64,000 nt of DNA from an uncultured delta proteobacterium (GTDB lineage Bacteria > Myxococcota > UBA727 > VGSZ01), in contig CAVZJB010000011.1 of assembly GCA_963775425.1 (NCBI GenBank), forward strand, positions 896,001 to 960,000, given 5' to 3'. Made by a program: the position numbers and the translations under genes. Shown here in pieces: positions 11,259-22,731 of this stretch. Under the pieces are notes generated by a model. It was not told where the DNA came from. It searched no databases and saw nothing but the letters and a program-made list of their open reading frames with translations. Every line of letters begins with the position of its first letter. Position 1 is the stretch's first letter.

Positions 11259-11981
11259 TCACAGCGCGCGGCGGAAGAGCTCCACGACGGCCGCGACGGC
11301 GCGGTCGGCGGCGTCCGCGTCGTAGCGGGCGCCCTCGTCGCGCATGAAGGTGTGCTCGGCGTCGTAGAGCCGCGCCTCGAAGCGAACGCCGGCCTCGTCG
11401 AGGTGTCGATGGATGCGCGCGCGGGCATCGGCGGGGATGTGCGGGTCGTTGCGCCCCCACACGAGGAGCATCTCGCCGCGGATCTCCTGGGCGCGCTGGA
11501 GGGAGCCGGCGTCGGCGGAGGCGCCGAGCTTGCCGTCGTGGATGCCGGTGCCGTAGCAGATCGCGGCCGCTTTCACCTCGGGGAGCATGGCGCAGCGGAA
11601 GGCCACGTGGCCGCCGAAGCACCAACCGATGACGCCGACGCGCGTGTGGTCGACGTCGTCGCGTTGCTCGACGGCGTCGATGACGGCCTGCGCGTCCTTG
11701 TCGAGGTCGGCGACGACGACCTTGTCGGCGTCGGCGAGGGCGCGCGCGCAATCCTTCTCGAAGTCGAGCGCGGTCCCGGGAGGCTCGATGCGGGTGTAGA
11801 TGTCGGGCGCGACGACGACGAAGCCGTACCCGGCGAGCCGTCTCACGATGCGCTCGTGGGGCGGCGTGCGCTGGAAGATGTCGGACCACGCGACGACGGC
11901 CGGGAACCGTCCGGGGGACGCGGGCTTGGAGACGAGGCATTGCACGCCGGCGATGTCGAGGGATTCGGTGGTGGTCTTCAC
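11259..11981 (-). CDS. dienelactone hydrolase family protein
   Basis: DIF, GWCFGG, D-PHIP and AEHTFMRD. Confidence 0.9.
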   Translation of the reverse strand: MKTTTESLDIAGVQCLVSKPASPGRFPAVVAWSDIFQRTPPHERIVRRLAGYGFVVVAPDIYTRIEPPGTALDFEKDCARALADADKVVVADLDKDAQAVIDAVEQRDDVDHTRVGVIGWCFGGHVAFRCAMLPEVKAAAICYGTGIHDGKLGASADAGSLQRAQEIRGEMLLVWGRNDPHIPADARARIHRHLDEAGVRFEARLYDAEHTFMRDEGARYDADAADRAVAAVVELFRRAL

Positions 11982-12088
11982 CTCGCCTTTGTACTCCCGG
12001 GATGCGGCGCGTGCACACCTGTGTCGTCCTCACACGACGACGGGTGCTGCTTGTTCGGCCGCCGCGATGTGCGGTACCCAGGAGAGAC

Positions 12089-13770
<1,682 letters not shown>

Positions 13771-13774
<4 letters not shown>

Positions 13775-14982
13775 TCGTCGCGCTGCTGCTCGCGGTGGCC
13801 ACCGTGCCCGGCGTCGTCGACCCCGCGCCGCTCGACGCGGCCGCGCGCAAGGCCGCGGCCGACAAGCGCTACTGCGACGCGGCCGCGTTCTTTGCGCGCG
13901 CGTTCGCTGCGAGCCAACAGGCCAAGCACCTCTACAACGAGGCCGAGGCGTTCTACGCCGCCGACGATCCGGTGAAGGCGCTCGACGCGTACAAGGACCT
14001 CCTCACGCGCTTCCCGTCGTACGAGCGCGCGGACAAGGCGCACCAACGCATCACCGAGCTCGGCGCCGAGATGGCCAAGGGGAGCATGGGCAACACGTGC
14101 CCCGACGCCCCCGCGTCGGTGTGCGGCAACGGCCTCATCGAGGGCGACGAGGCCTGCGACGACGGCAACCTCATGGAGGGCGACGGCTGCTCCTCCCTGT
14201 GCCGGCCCAGCACGCCCCCGGCACCCGTCACGCCCGTGTGCGGCGACGGCGTCGTCAGCGGCGCCGAGGCCTGCGACGACGGCAACAACTACGACGGCGA
14301 CGGCTGCGACTCGAACTGCACCGAGACCGGCTGCGGCAACGGCCGCGTCACCCGCGGCGAGCAGTGCGACGACGGCAATCTCGTCGACGGCGACGCCTGC
14401 TCCTCCATCTGCACGCTGCCCATCTGCGGCGACGGCCACGTGGACCCGGGCGAGGAGTGCGACGACGCCAACGACGTCGACGGCGACGGCTGCGAGCGCG
14501 ACTGCAGGCGGAGCCCCGTGTGCGGCGACGGCGTCGTCGGCGTCACCGAGGAGTGCGACGACGGCAACACCGCCGGCGGCGACGGCTGCGACGCCGCCTG
14601 CCACCGGGAGATCGCGCGCGCCACGCCCCCGCACGAGGGCAAGGGCGCGGGCCCCTGGCTCCTCGCCGGCGCAGGCGCCGTCGCCATGCTCGGCGGCGTC
14701 ATCACCGGCGGGATCGGCGTCGTGCCCGCGCTCGACTACCTCGCGGTCCGCCCGACGCAGACGTCGCTCGAGGACCAATACGCGCAGGCCACCACGACCC
14801 CCGAGCGCACGACGCTCGCCGAGCAGGCGGTGGCGCAGCGAAAGGTGCTCCAGGGCGACCTCGACGCCTGGAACGGCTTCGGCATCATCGCGGCGTGGGC
14901 GGGCGTCGGCCTGTTCGTCGGCGGCGTCGGCGCGGGCGTCGCCGGCTTCGCCTGGGGCGTCGCGCCGGAGGACGGCGAATGA
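13771..14982 (+). CDS. TPR-like + myxobacterial Cys-rich repeat (DUF4215-like) membrane protein
   Basis: Five CG(N/D)G...E.CDD(G/A)N..DGDGC repeats, N-terminal TPR-like helices, C-terminal TM pair. GTGA overlap with the kinase. Confidence 0.85.
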
Positions 14983-15632
14983 GGACCGTCGTCGTCGTCG
15001 CCTGCGTCGCCGCGCTCGCCGCGTCGTGCCCCCTCAAGGACGACCTCACGCCCTTCGGCACCGAGTGCGAGGCGGACCGCGACTGTGGCCGCGGCTACGT
15101 CTGCGACCCCGTGCAGACCATCTGCGTCGAGGAGGGCGCCGACCAGGTCGACGAGGGCGCCGTCGTCGCCGCCTTCTGCGGCAAGCTCGCGGAGTGCGAC
15201 GGCCCCGAGGCCGGCTGCGCCGCCGGCCACCAGGCCGTGCTCGACGCCGCGGCCGGCCAGGGCAGCGACGTGTGCCGGCGGATGCATGACGCCGAGCTCG
15301 ACCTGCTGCACTGCCGCTCGGCGCTCACCTGCAACGACTTCGACGGCGGCGGCGGCTGCGCCGACGAGCTCGCTGCGGTGTTCGCCGTCGGCGACGACGG
15401 CGGCAACGCCTGTCGCGTCGGCGACGCGCCGTTCGACGTCCCCGGCTGGGCCTGCCCGGGCCACTACCTCGGCGACGGCGACTGCGACTGCGGCTGCGGC
15501 GGCCAGGACCCCGACTGCAACGGGCAGGGCTGCGTCGAGCCGAGCTGCAACGACGACGCCCACTGCGACTTCTGCTACGACGCCGCCGGTCAGGCGCAGG
15601 GGCGCGCCAACGACGCCTGCAGCCGCGGCTGA
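14979..15632 (+). CDS. Cys-rich lipoprotein
   Basis: MRTVVVVACVAALAASC lipobox, CDCGCG motif. ATGA overlap. Confidence 0.75.
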   Translation: MRTVVVVACVAALAASCPLKDDLTPFGTECEADRDCGRGYVCDPVQTICVEEGADQVDEGAVVAAFCGKLAECDGPEAGCAAGHQAVLDAAAGQGSDVCRRMHDAELDLLHCRSALTCNDFDGGGGCADELAAVFAVGDDGGNACRVGDAPFDVPGWACPGHYLGDGDCDCGCGGQDPDCNGQGCVEPSCNDDAHCDFCYDAAGQAQGRANDACSRG

Positions 15633-15725
15633 CCCTCCCGAGCGATCGGTAGGTGACGCGCCTCTGGACCCACGCTGCCCCGCGCGCTACTCGCGCCGCG
15701 TTCGCCTTGTCCGTGGGAGGTCTGC

Positions 15726-16367
15726 GTGCTCAAGAAGATTCTCATCGCCGTCGTGCTCGTCCTCGGTGCGTTCATCGGCTTCGTCTTCACACGGCCGGCG
15801 ACGTATCACGTCGAGCGCTCCGTGCGGGTGGAGGCGCCGACCGACGTCGTCTACGCCGACATCAACAGCCTGAAGGACGGCTTCGTGCGCTGGTCGCCGT
15901 GGGAGAAGCTCGACCCCAAGATGAAGCGGACGTTCAGCGGCCCCGCGGAAGGCGTCGGCGCGAGCTACGCGTGGGAGGGCAACAAGGACGTCGGCAAGGG
16001 CGACATGAAGATCACCGAGAGCACGCCGGGCGCCATCGTGAAGGAGGACCTCGAGTTCATCGAGCCGTTCGCCTCCAAGGCCGTCATCACCATGTCGCTC
16101 GTGAAGGAAGGCGACGGCACCAAGGTGACCTGGGCCCTCGACGGCGACAACGACTTCGGCGGCAAGCTCATGAGCGTGTTCTCGTCGATGGACAAGATGA
16201 TCGGCCCCGACTTCGACGCGGGGCTCAAGAACCTCCAGACCGTGGCGAAGGAAGACGCGGACAAGGCCGCCGCCGCCGCCGCCCCCGTCGGCGATCCGCC
16301 GCCGCCGCCGGACGGCGCCGTGCCCGCCCCCGGCGCCGCCGCGGACGCGCCGCCCGCCAAGGGCTGA
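15726..16367 (+). CDS. SRPBCC family protein with N-terminal anchor
   Basis: VERSVRV, WSPWEKLDP, GVGASYAWEGN and GPDFDAGL. Confidence 0.88.
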   Translation: MLKKILIAVVLVLGAFIGFVFTRPATYHVERSVRVEAPTDVVYADINSLKDGFVRWSPWEKLDPKMKRTFSGPAEGVGASYAWEGNKDVGKGDMKITESTPGAIVKEDLEFIEPFASKAVITMSLVKEGDGTKVTWALDGDNDFGGKLMSVFSSMDKMIGPDFDAGLKNLQTVAKEDADKAAAAAAPVGDPPPPPDGAVPAPGAAADAPPAKG

Positions 16368-16385
16368 TCGCGCGCCCGACGATCG

Positions 16386-18023
16386 TCAGGGCACGAGGAC
16401 GCCCAGTTGCGTGCCGTTGGTGTTGTTGGCGCCGACCCTGCAGTTGGTGGCGGCCGAGGCCTGATCGCAGGCGGAAGCGTCGCAACGAAAGAACTGCGGG
16501 GTCCCGCCGCTGACGCCGCAAAACGCGGCGCGGCAGGTGTTCTGCGTGGTCAGCGAGCCGAGGTTTGCGCAGGCGGTGTTCTGCACCGCGAACACCGGGA
16601 CGCCGCCCGCGGCGATCTTGTCGCTGTTGATGGAGCGGTCCGCGATCTTGGCGGTGGTGATGCCGTTGTCGGCGATGTCGACGTCGCGGATGGTGCCGTC
16701 CTTGATGTCGTTGCTGGCGATGGTGCCGTCGAGGATGTCGGCGCTGGCTACGCTGTTGTCGACGATCTTGCTCGCGTCCACGCTGTTGTTGGCCATGTCG
16801 GCGAGGGCGACCGTGGCGTCCTTGATGTCGGCGGTGGTGATGCTGCCGTCGAGGATCTTGGAGCTGTCGACGCAACTGCCCGCGAGGTCGACCGCGGCCA
16901 CGGCGCCGTTTTGGATGTCGGCGCTGGTGACGGAGTTGTCGGCGATCTTGGCGGAGTTGACGCTGTTGTCGTCGAGGTCGGCGACGCCGACGCTGCCGTC
17001 CAGGATCTCGGCGCCGGTGACCGCCCCGTTAACGATCTTGGACGCGTCGACGCTGTTGTTGCCGAGGTCGGCGAGGCTGATGCTGCCGTCGGTGATGTTG
17101 GAGCCGGAGACCGCGTTTTGCGCGAGGTCCGCGCTGGTGATGGTGCCGTTCTGGATGTCGGCGCTCGTCACGGACTCGTCGACGATCTTGGCGGAATTCA
17201 CGCTGTTGTCGCCGAGGTCGGCCAGGCGCACGTCGCCGTCGAGGATGTCGCGCGACGCCACGCTCTCGTCCACGATTTGATCCGAGCCGACGCTGCCGGC
17301 GGCGAGGTCGGCGAGCTCGACCGAGCCGTCGGCGATGTTCTCGCCGTTGACGGCGCCGGTGGCGATGTCGGCGCCCGTGATGCTGCCGTCGAGGATGTCC
17401 GTGCCGGTGACGCTGTCGTCGACGATGCGGGCGGCGTCGACGGAGCCCGGCGCGAGATCGGCCAGGGCGACGCTGCCGTCGGCGATCTGTGCGCTGCCGA
17501 CGCCGTCGTTGGAGATGGACAGCGTGCCGTCGGCGGCGAGGGAGAGGCCGGCGCCGGCGCGGACGGTGCCGGTGGCGGTGACGTCGTCGACGCCGTCGGC
17601 GAAGTCCGGCGGCAGCCCTTCGATGTCCTGCCAGCGTACGGTGCCGGCGCGGAACGCATATGCCTGGGTGGCCAGGCGCACGCGCGGGCTCAGGGTGACG
17701 CCGTCGACGGCGATCTCCATGAAGCGCTCGCCGCCGTCGAGGAAGGTGGGATCGAACTCGAGGTCGACGACGAGGTTGCCGGCTGCGACCAACACGCTCG
17801 GCTCGCTGAAGCTCGCGAGCGGGGTGCCGCCGGCCTCGGCGTCGTACAGGTCGAAGGTGAACGCGTGCGTGCCGTCGAGGGGGGCGCCGTCGAGGTCCGT
17901 GAGCGTGCCCGCCCACGTCATGACGCCGGGCACGCCCTGCGCTCGCGCCGGCGACGCGGCGGCGACGGTCAGCGCGGCCACGACGAAGAGCGCGCGCAGG
18001 AGTGTGGAGGGGGTTCGCATCAT
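16386..18023 (-). CDS. secreted fibre-like protein with about 30 decamer repeats (I.DGS(V/I)TSAD)
   Basis: Signal peptide, tail-fibre-type N-domain (GTLTD...FDLYDAEAGG...PRVRLATQAYA), repeat stalk, Cys-rich tip. Confidence 0.8.
   Translation of the reverse strand: MMRTPSTLLRALFVVAALTVAAASPARAQGVPGVMTWAGTLTDLDGAPLDGTHAFTFDLYDAEAGGTPLASFSEPSVLVAAGNLVVDLEFDPTFLDGGERFMEIAVDGVTLSPRVRLATQAYAFRAGTVRWQDIEGLPPDFADGVDDVTATGTVRAGAGLSLAADGTLSISNDGVGSAQIADGSVALADLAPGSVDAARIVDDSVTGTDILDGSITGADIATGAVNGENIADGSVELADLAAGSVGSDQIVDESVASRDILDGDVRLADLGDNSVNSAKIVDESVTSADIQNGTITSADLAQNAVSGSNITDGSISLADLGNNSVDASKIVNGAVTGAEILDGSVGVADLDDNSVNSAKIADNSVTSADIQNGAVAAVDLAGSCVDSSKILDGSITTADIKDATVALADMANNSVDASKIVDNSVASADILDGTIASNDIKDGTIRDVDIADNGITTAKIADRSINSDKIAAGGVPVFAVQNTACANLGSLTTQNTCRAAFCGVSGGTPQFFRCDASACDQASAATNCRVGANNTNGTQLGVLVP
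16610..17520 (-). repeat. degenerate 30-bp coding tandem repeats
   Basis: Recurring ...gccgtc...gatgtc/gatctt units with 30-bp period. Confidence 0.85.
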
Positions 18024-18457
18024 GGCAACACTCCGGTGAGGATCTGCGGCGTCACCGACAGGCGCGCGTCCTGCCCAGCGAGCGCGGGGCGCTGGTCGTC
18101 GGCGGCGCGGACGACGAGGCGAAGGCCGCCGCCCTCGAGCACCGCCGACGTCGCAGGGGCGATGGACAGCGCGAAGCCCGCCTCGCCCTCGCCCTCGCCC
18201 TCTCCCTCGCCCTCGCCCTCGTCGCCCTCGCCCTCGCCCTCGCCCTCCCCTTCTCCTTCGGCGCCCCCGCCGCCGGCGGCAGCGCAGACGCCGTCGACGC
18301 TGCAGACGAGGCCGACGGCGCAGTCGGCGTCGCCGTCGCAGGACAGCGGGAACGGGCCGAGGTCGCAGCCGCCCGACGCGGCCGCGAGCCCGAGCGCGAG
18401 CCCGAGCGCGAGCGACGCTCGTCCCGGATCGCGCGGCGTGAGGCGGCGGAGGGGCAC
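18020..18457 (-). CDS. small lipoprotein with Cys knot and (GE)n linker
   Basis: SGGC lipobox, C..DADC..GLVC...GVC, EGEGEG run. Its stop overlaps the fibre gene start. Confidence 0.65.
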   Translation of the reverse strand: MPLRRLTPRDPGRASLALGLALGLAAASGGCDLGPFPLSCDGDADCAVGLVCSVDGVCAAAGGGGAEGEGEGEGEGEGDEGEGEGEGEGEGEAGFALSIAPATSAVLEGGGLRLVVRAADDQRPALAGQDARLSVTPQILTGVLP

Positions 18458-18513
18458 GGCACGACGATAGCGCCGCCCGCCGCGCCGCCGAAATGTGTCG
18501 CGATGTGTGGCGC

Positions 18514-19530
18514 TCACGCCTTGGCGATCTTCCGCCCTCGCTCGCGCGCGTCGTAGCTGATGATGACGTCGGCGCCCGCGCGGCGCATGGACAGGAGCGT
18601 CTCCTCGGAGGCGCGCTCGAAGTCGATCAGGCCCTTGTCGGCCGCGGCCACGAGCACGGCGCGCTCGCCGGAGACCTGGTACGCGAAGATGGGCAGATCG
18701 CTCTCCTCGCGGCAGTCGCGCATGACGTCGAGGTTGGTGAGCGCGGGCTTCACGAGCAGCGCGTCGGCGCCCTCGGCCTCGTCGAGCTTCCACTCGCGCC
18801 GCGCCTCGCGCCGGTTGCCCGCGGGCATCTGGTAGCTCTTGCGGTCGCCGAACTGCGGCGCCGAGTGGGCTGCGTCGCGGAACGGACCGTAGAACGCCGA
18901 CGCCATCTTCACCGCGTAGGAGAGGATGCCGGTGTCGACGAGGCCGTTTTCGTCGAGGGCGTGGCGGATGGCGCCCACGCGGCCGTCCATCATGTCGCTC
19001 GGCGACACGAAGTCGATGCCGGCGCGGCCGAGCTGCACCGACATGTTGGCGAGGATGGGGAGCGTCTTGTCGTTGTCGATGCTGTGGCCCTCGACGACGC
19101 CGCAGTGGCCGTGCGAGGTGTAGCTGCACAGGCACACGTCGGCGAAGAGGACGAGCTCGGGCCACTTCTTCTTGAGCGCCGCCGTGGCGTCGAGGAGCGG
19201 GCGGAGCTGGCTCGTGAGCGCCGCGCCGCCGTCGGGGGCCTTGGCGTCGTGGCCGTGGTCGTGGCGGTCGTCGGGGACGCCGAAGAGCATGATGCCGCCG
19301 ACGCCGGCGTCGACGAGCGGCGCGACCTCCTCGAGGAGCGTGTCCGGCGTGGTGGTCCACAGGCCCGAGCCCGGGGAGCTCTCCTTCTTGATGCCGCTGC
19401 CCGGCGGGACGAAGTACGGCATGACCAGGTTGCGCATGTCGACGGTGGTCTCGGCGAAGAGCCGGCGCACCTCGGCGTTTCTGCGCAGGCGGCGGAGGCG
19501 GACGGGCAGGTCGGGCTTCTTGGTGGTCAT
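18514..19530 (-). CDS. hemB: porphobilinogen synthase (Zn type)
   Basis: RLRRLR, DVCLCSYTSHGHCG, SPSDMMDGR, FYGPFRDA, VKPA and AYQVSGE. Confidence 0.96.
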   Translation of the reverse strand: MTTKKPDLPVRLRRLRRNAEVRRLFAETTVDMRNLVMPYFVPPGSGIKKESSPGSGLWTTTPDTLLEEVAPLVDAGVGGIMLFGVPDDRHDHGHDAKAPDGGAALTSQLRPLLDATAALKKKWPELVLFADVCLCSYTSHGHCGVVEGHSIDNDKTLPILANMSVQLGRAGIDFVSPSDMMDGRVGAIRHALDENGLVDTGILSYAVKMASAFYGPFRDAAHSAPQFGDRKSYQMPAGNRREARREWKLDEAEGADALLVKPALTNLDVMRDCREESDLPIFAYQVSGERAVLVAAADKGLIDFERASEETLLSMRRAGADVIISYDARERGRKIAKA

Positions 19531-20390
19531 GGCTTGTCCTCCAGGGATCGAATGAAGTCCGCGACGTCGGCGCCGCGCGGCACGAGCGTAGACGGAAAGG
19601 GCAGCGCGCGGGCGGTGGACTCGCCGACGCACACGACGGCGGCCGCCCCGGGGCGCGCGGCGACGGCGCCGGCGAGCGCGCGCGCCGCCGAGGGGCTGAA
19701 CACCACGGCCTTCAGCGGTCCGGCGCGCGCCGCGAGGGCGTCGGCGAGGCCGGCGGGGGGGCGCGTGGCGTAGACGGCCTCGCGCACGACCTCGCCGCGC
19801 GCCGCGAGGAGCGCGACCGCCTCCTGCTGCTCCGGCTGCGCGAGCCCCGCGTCGCTCGTGGGGTAGAGCACGCGCCCCCGGAAGCCGGCGTCGACGACGG
19901 CGTGGGCGAGGGCGACGGCCCCGCCCTCGGCGGTGACGTCGACACGCGCCCCGGCCTCGACGACGACGTCCGCCGTTCGCGGCGCCACCGCCGCGAAGCG
20001 CGCGCGCGGCGGCGCGTACGCCGCCGTGACGACGACGCGCGCGAGCACGAGGCGCGCGGCGTACGGGCTCGTCAGGAACCACAGGGCGTCGTCGCCGGGC
20101 GCGAGCCGCGCGGGCCAGCCGAGGGGCGCGCGCTCGATGCACGGCACGCACACGGCCTCGAGGCCGCGCGCGCGCAGCGCGTCGACGAGGGGGGCGGCGT
20201 CCTCAGGCTCGCGCGTGACGATCCAGGGGCCCGGCGCCCAGCGCCCCGCCGCCGGGGGGCCCGGCGCCCGCGGCGAATCGGCGGGCGCGCCGGGCGGCGC
20301 GTCGGACGCGGGCCGCCCGCTCGCCCCACAGCGCCCCGCCACGAGGGGCGCGCCCGGGCCCGGCGACGAGGAGGGCGGCGTCGAGATCAC
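19527..20390 (-). CDS. hemD: uroporphyrinogen-III synthase (start uncertain)
   Basis: IVTREPEDA, LTSPYA, VYAT, FSPSAA and VCVGESTA. Overlaps the hemB start. Confidence 0.8.
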   Translation of the reverse strand: MISTPPSSSPGPGAPLVAGRCGASGRPASDAPPGAPADSPRAPGPPAAGRWAPGPWIVTREPEDAAPLVDALRARGLEAVCVPCIERAPLGWPARLAPGDDALWFLTSPYAARLVLARVVVTAAYAPPRARFAAVAPRTADVVVEAGARVDVTAEGGAVALAHAVVDAGFRGRVLYPTSDAGLAQPEQQEAVALLAARGEVVREAVYATRPPAGLADALAARAGPLKAVVFSPSAARALAGAVAARPGAAAVVCVGESTARALPFPSTLVPRGADVADFIRSLEDKP

Positions 20391-20441
20391 GAGCTCCGGT
20401 CTAGCCGACTGCGTTGACGTCGACCACGTCGCCGAAGCCCG

Positions 20442-20459
20442 TATGACAGACCTGTGACG
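20442..20459. promoter_or_regulatory. OmpR/PhoB-type direct repeat (minus strand cGTCACaggtCTGTCATa)
   Basis: ATGACA (20443) and GTGACG (20454) are 11 bp apart in the hemD/hemE divergent intergenic region. Confidence 0.5.
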
Positions 20460-20491
20460 CGTTGCCCCTCGGGCGAGGGCATCGTAGTCCC

Positions 20492-21613
20492 ATGGAACCC
20501 ATGGCACCCGGTCCTGCGACGCCCCCGAGCGGCATGAAGCCGCGCCAACGCTTCCTCGCGGCCTTCGACGGCGAGCCCGTCGACCGGCCCCCCGTGTGGT
20601 TGATGCGGCAGGCGGGCCGCTACCTCCCCGGCTACCGCGCGGTGCGCAGCCAGCACGGCTTCTGGGACGTGTGCAAGACGCCGGAGCTGTCGACGAAGGT
20701 CGCGCTCGAGCCCATGGGCCTGTTCCCGCTCGACGCCGCCATCGTCTTCTCCGACATCCTCGTGGTCCCGGAGGCCATGGGGCTCGACGTCACCTTCGGC
20801 AAGGGCATGGGGCCGCAGGTGGGCCGGCCGCTGCGCACCGACGACGACTTCGACAGGTGGGACCTCACGGGCATCCAGGAGCGGCTCTCGTACGTCTCGA
20901 ACGCCGCGCGCCACCTGCGCGAGCACCTCGGCGAGGACCACGCCATCCTCGGCTTCGCGGGCGCCCCGTGGACCCTGTTCTGCTACATCGTCGAGGGCAG
21001 CGGCAGCGACGACTTCAAGCTCCCGCGCGCCATGCTCCACCAAAACCCGGAGCTCGCGAAAAAGGCGCTCGCCTGTATCGCCGACGTCGTCGCCGACCTG
21101 CTGTTGCGCGAGATCGAGGCCGGCGTCGACGCCATCCAGCTCTTCGACACCTGGGGCGGCCTGTTGCCGCGCGAGGAGTACGCGGCCTTTTGCATCCCGG
21201 CCATTCGCCGCATCACCGATCGCCTGCGGGAGGCCCGCAAGGCCGCCGGCCCCAGGAGCGCGTACGGGCGCTCGCTGTTGTTCGTGAAGGGCGGCCACCA
21301 CCTCCTGCCCATCCTCGGCGACGCCGGCTCCGACGGGCTCTCGCTCGACTGGCGCACGCCCTGGCGCGAGGCGCGGGCGCTGCACCCGAAGATCGCGCTC
21401 CAGGGCAACGTCGACCCCGTGCTGCTCTTCGCCGGCGACGACGCCGTCCGCGCCCGCACCCGCGCGCTCCTCGCCGACATGCGCGCCGACGACGACGGCC
21501 GCCGCTGCATCGTCAACCTCGGGCACGGCATCCTCCCGGGCACGCCGCAGAGCGCCGTCGCCGCGCTCGTCGACGAGGTGGTCCACGGCGCGCGCCCCGA
21601 GGACGCTCGATGA
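20492..21613 (+). CDS. hemE: uroporphyrinogen decarboxylase
   Basis: PVWLMRQAGRYLP, FSDIL, GFAGAPWTL, QGNVDP and NLGHGI. Confidence 0.97.
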   Translation: MEPMAPGPATPPSGMKPRQRFLAAFDGEPVDRPPVWLMRQAGRYLPGYRAVRSQHGFWDVCKTPELSTKVALEPMGLFPLDAAIVFSDILVVPEAMGLDVTFGKGMGPQVGRPLRTDDDFDRWDLTGIQERLSYVSNAARHLREHLGEDHAILGFAGAPWTLFCYIVEGSGSDDFKLPRAMLHQNPELAKKALACIADVVADLLLREIEAGVDAIQLFDTWGGLLPREEYAAFCIPAIRRITDRLREARKAAGPRSAYGRSLLFVKGGHHLLPILGDAGSDGLSLDWRTPWREARALHPKIALQGNVDPVLLFAGDDAVRARTRALLADMRADDDGRRCIVNLGHGILPGTPQSAVAALVDEVVHGARPEDAR

Positions 21614-22731
21614 GCGAGGCCGCCGACAAGAAGGGCCACGCGCCGCTCTGCGTCGTCGGCGCCAGCTACCGCGAGGCGTCCACCGACGTGCGCGCGCGGC
21701 TCGCGGCTCTCGAGAAGGGCGACGACGCCCCGTCCAAGGCGCTCGTCGCGGCCGGCTACGCCGACGGCGTCGTCATGCTCGAGACGTGCTCGCGGGTCGA
21801 GTGGGTCGTGTCGTCGCAGAAGCCGCGCTGGGCCGAGGAGATCCTGCGCTCCACGCTGTTGTTGCGCGTGCCCGACGCGCGCCTGCACGCCAAGGCGGGC
21901 CACGCCGGCGCGCACTACTTGCTGCGGCTCGCCATGGGGCTCGACTCCGTCGCCGAGGGCGAGCCCGCCGTCGGCCGCCAGCTCGTGCTCGCGTTCGAGC
22001 GCGCGCACAAGGACGGCTCCGCCGACCGCGCGCTGCGGCTCGCCTGGCGCACCGTCCAACAGCTCCTCGGCGAGCGACGCCGGCGCGGCGTGGTGCAGCG
22101 CGGGCTCGGTGTGCAGTCCCTCGTCATCGAGGAGCTCCGCTCGCAAAACGTCGCCCCCGGCGCGCCCATCGGCGTCCTCGGCCTCGGCGACATCGGCAAG
22201 GCCGTCGTCGGCGCGCTCAAGGAGGCCGGCTTCGAAAACGTCGAGGGCCACCGCCGCGCCACCATGGCCGAGCTCATGAGGCTCGCCGGCACCGCCCACG
22301 CCGTCGTCGTGTGCACCGGCGGCCCGGCGCCGTTCGTGGAGCTCCCGGAGCGCAGCCGCGCCGCGGGCGAGCGGCGTCCCGTGTCGATAGACATCGGCGT
22401 GCCCGAGCAGATCAAGCACGCGCCCGGGTGGACCCGCGTCACCCTCGAGCAGCTTTTGGAGCAGCCGCGCCGCCTCCTCGACGACGACACGCGCGCGTGG
22501 CTCGTCGATCAGGTCGGGCTGTTCGCCGACAAGCTCACCAAGGACCTCGCCGACCCGCCGCCGGCCACCGCGCTCAGCGTGATCGACGAGGAGCGCCGCG
22601 TCTTCCTGCGTGAGGTCCTGCCGCCGCTTCTCGAGAAGCTGCCGCAAGAGCAGGCGGAGGAGCTGCGCCGCGCGTGCGCGGCGTTCGCGCACACGCTCAT
22701 GGAGCGGGTGCGGGAGGGAGGAGCGGCATGA
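21610..22731 (+). CDS. hemA: divergent glutamyl-tRNA reductase
   Basis: VVGASYR, ETCSRVE, GLDS..GE, GLGDIG and DIGVP. Position in the hem operon. Confidence 0.8.
   Translation: MSEAADKKGHAPLCVVGASYREASTDVRARLAALEKGDDAPSKALVAAGYADGVVMLETCSRVEWVVSSQKPRWAEEILRSTLLLRVPDARLHAKAGHAGAHYLLRLAMGLDSVAEGEPAVGRQLVLAFERAHKDGSADRALRLAWRTVQQLLGERRRRGVVQRGLGVQSLVIEELRSQNVAPGAPIGVLGLGDIGKAVVGALKEAGFENVEGHRRATMAELMRLAGTAHAVVVCTGGPAPFVELPERSRAAGERRPVSIDIGVPEQIKHAPGWTRVTLEQLLEQPRRLLDDDTRAWLVDQVGLFADKLTKDLADPPPATALSVIDEERRVFLREVLPPLLEKLPQEQAEELRRACAAFAHTLMERVREGGAA

Noticed and set aside
16610-17520. Regular 30-bp periodicity as a possible CRISPR array
   Set aside because: Degenerate in-frame coding repeats, no unique spacers, no cas genes.
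16386-18023. Prophage tail gene
   Set aside because: Has a Sec signal peptide and no phage genes nearby.
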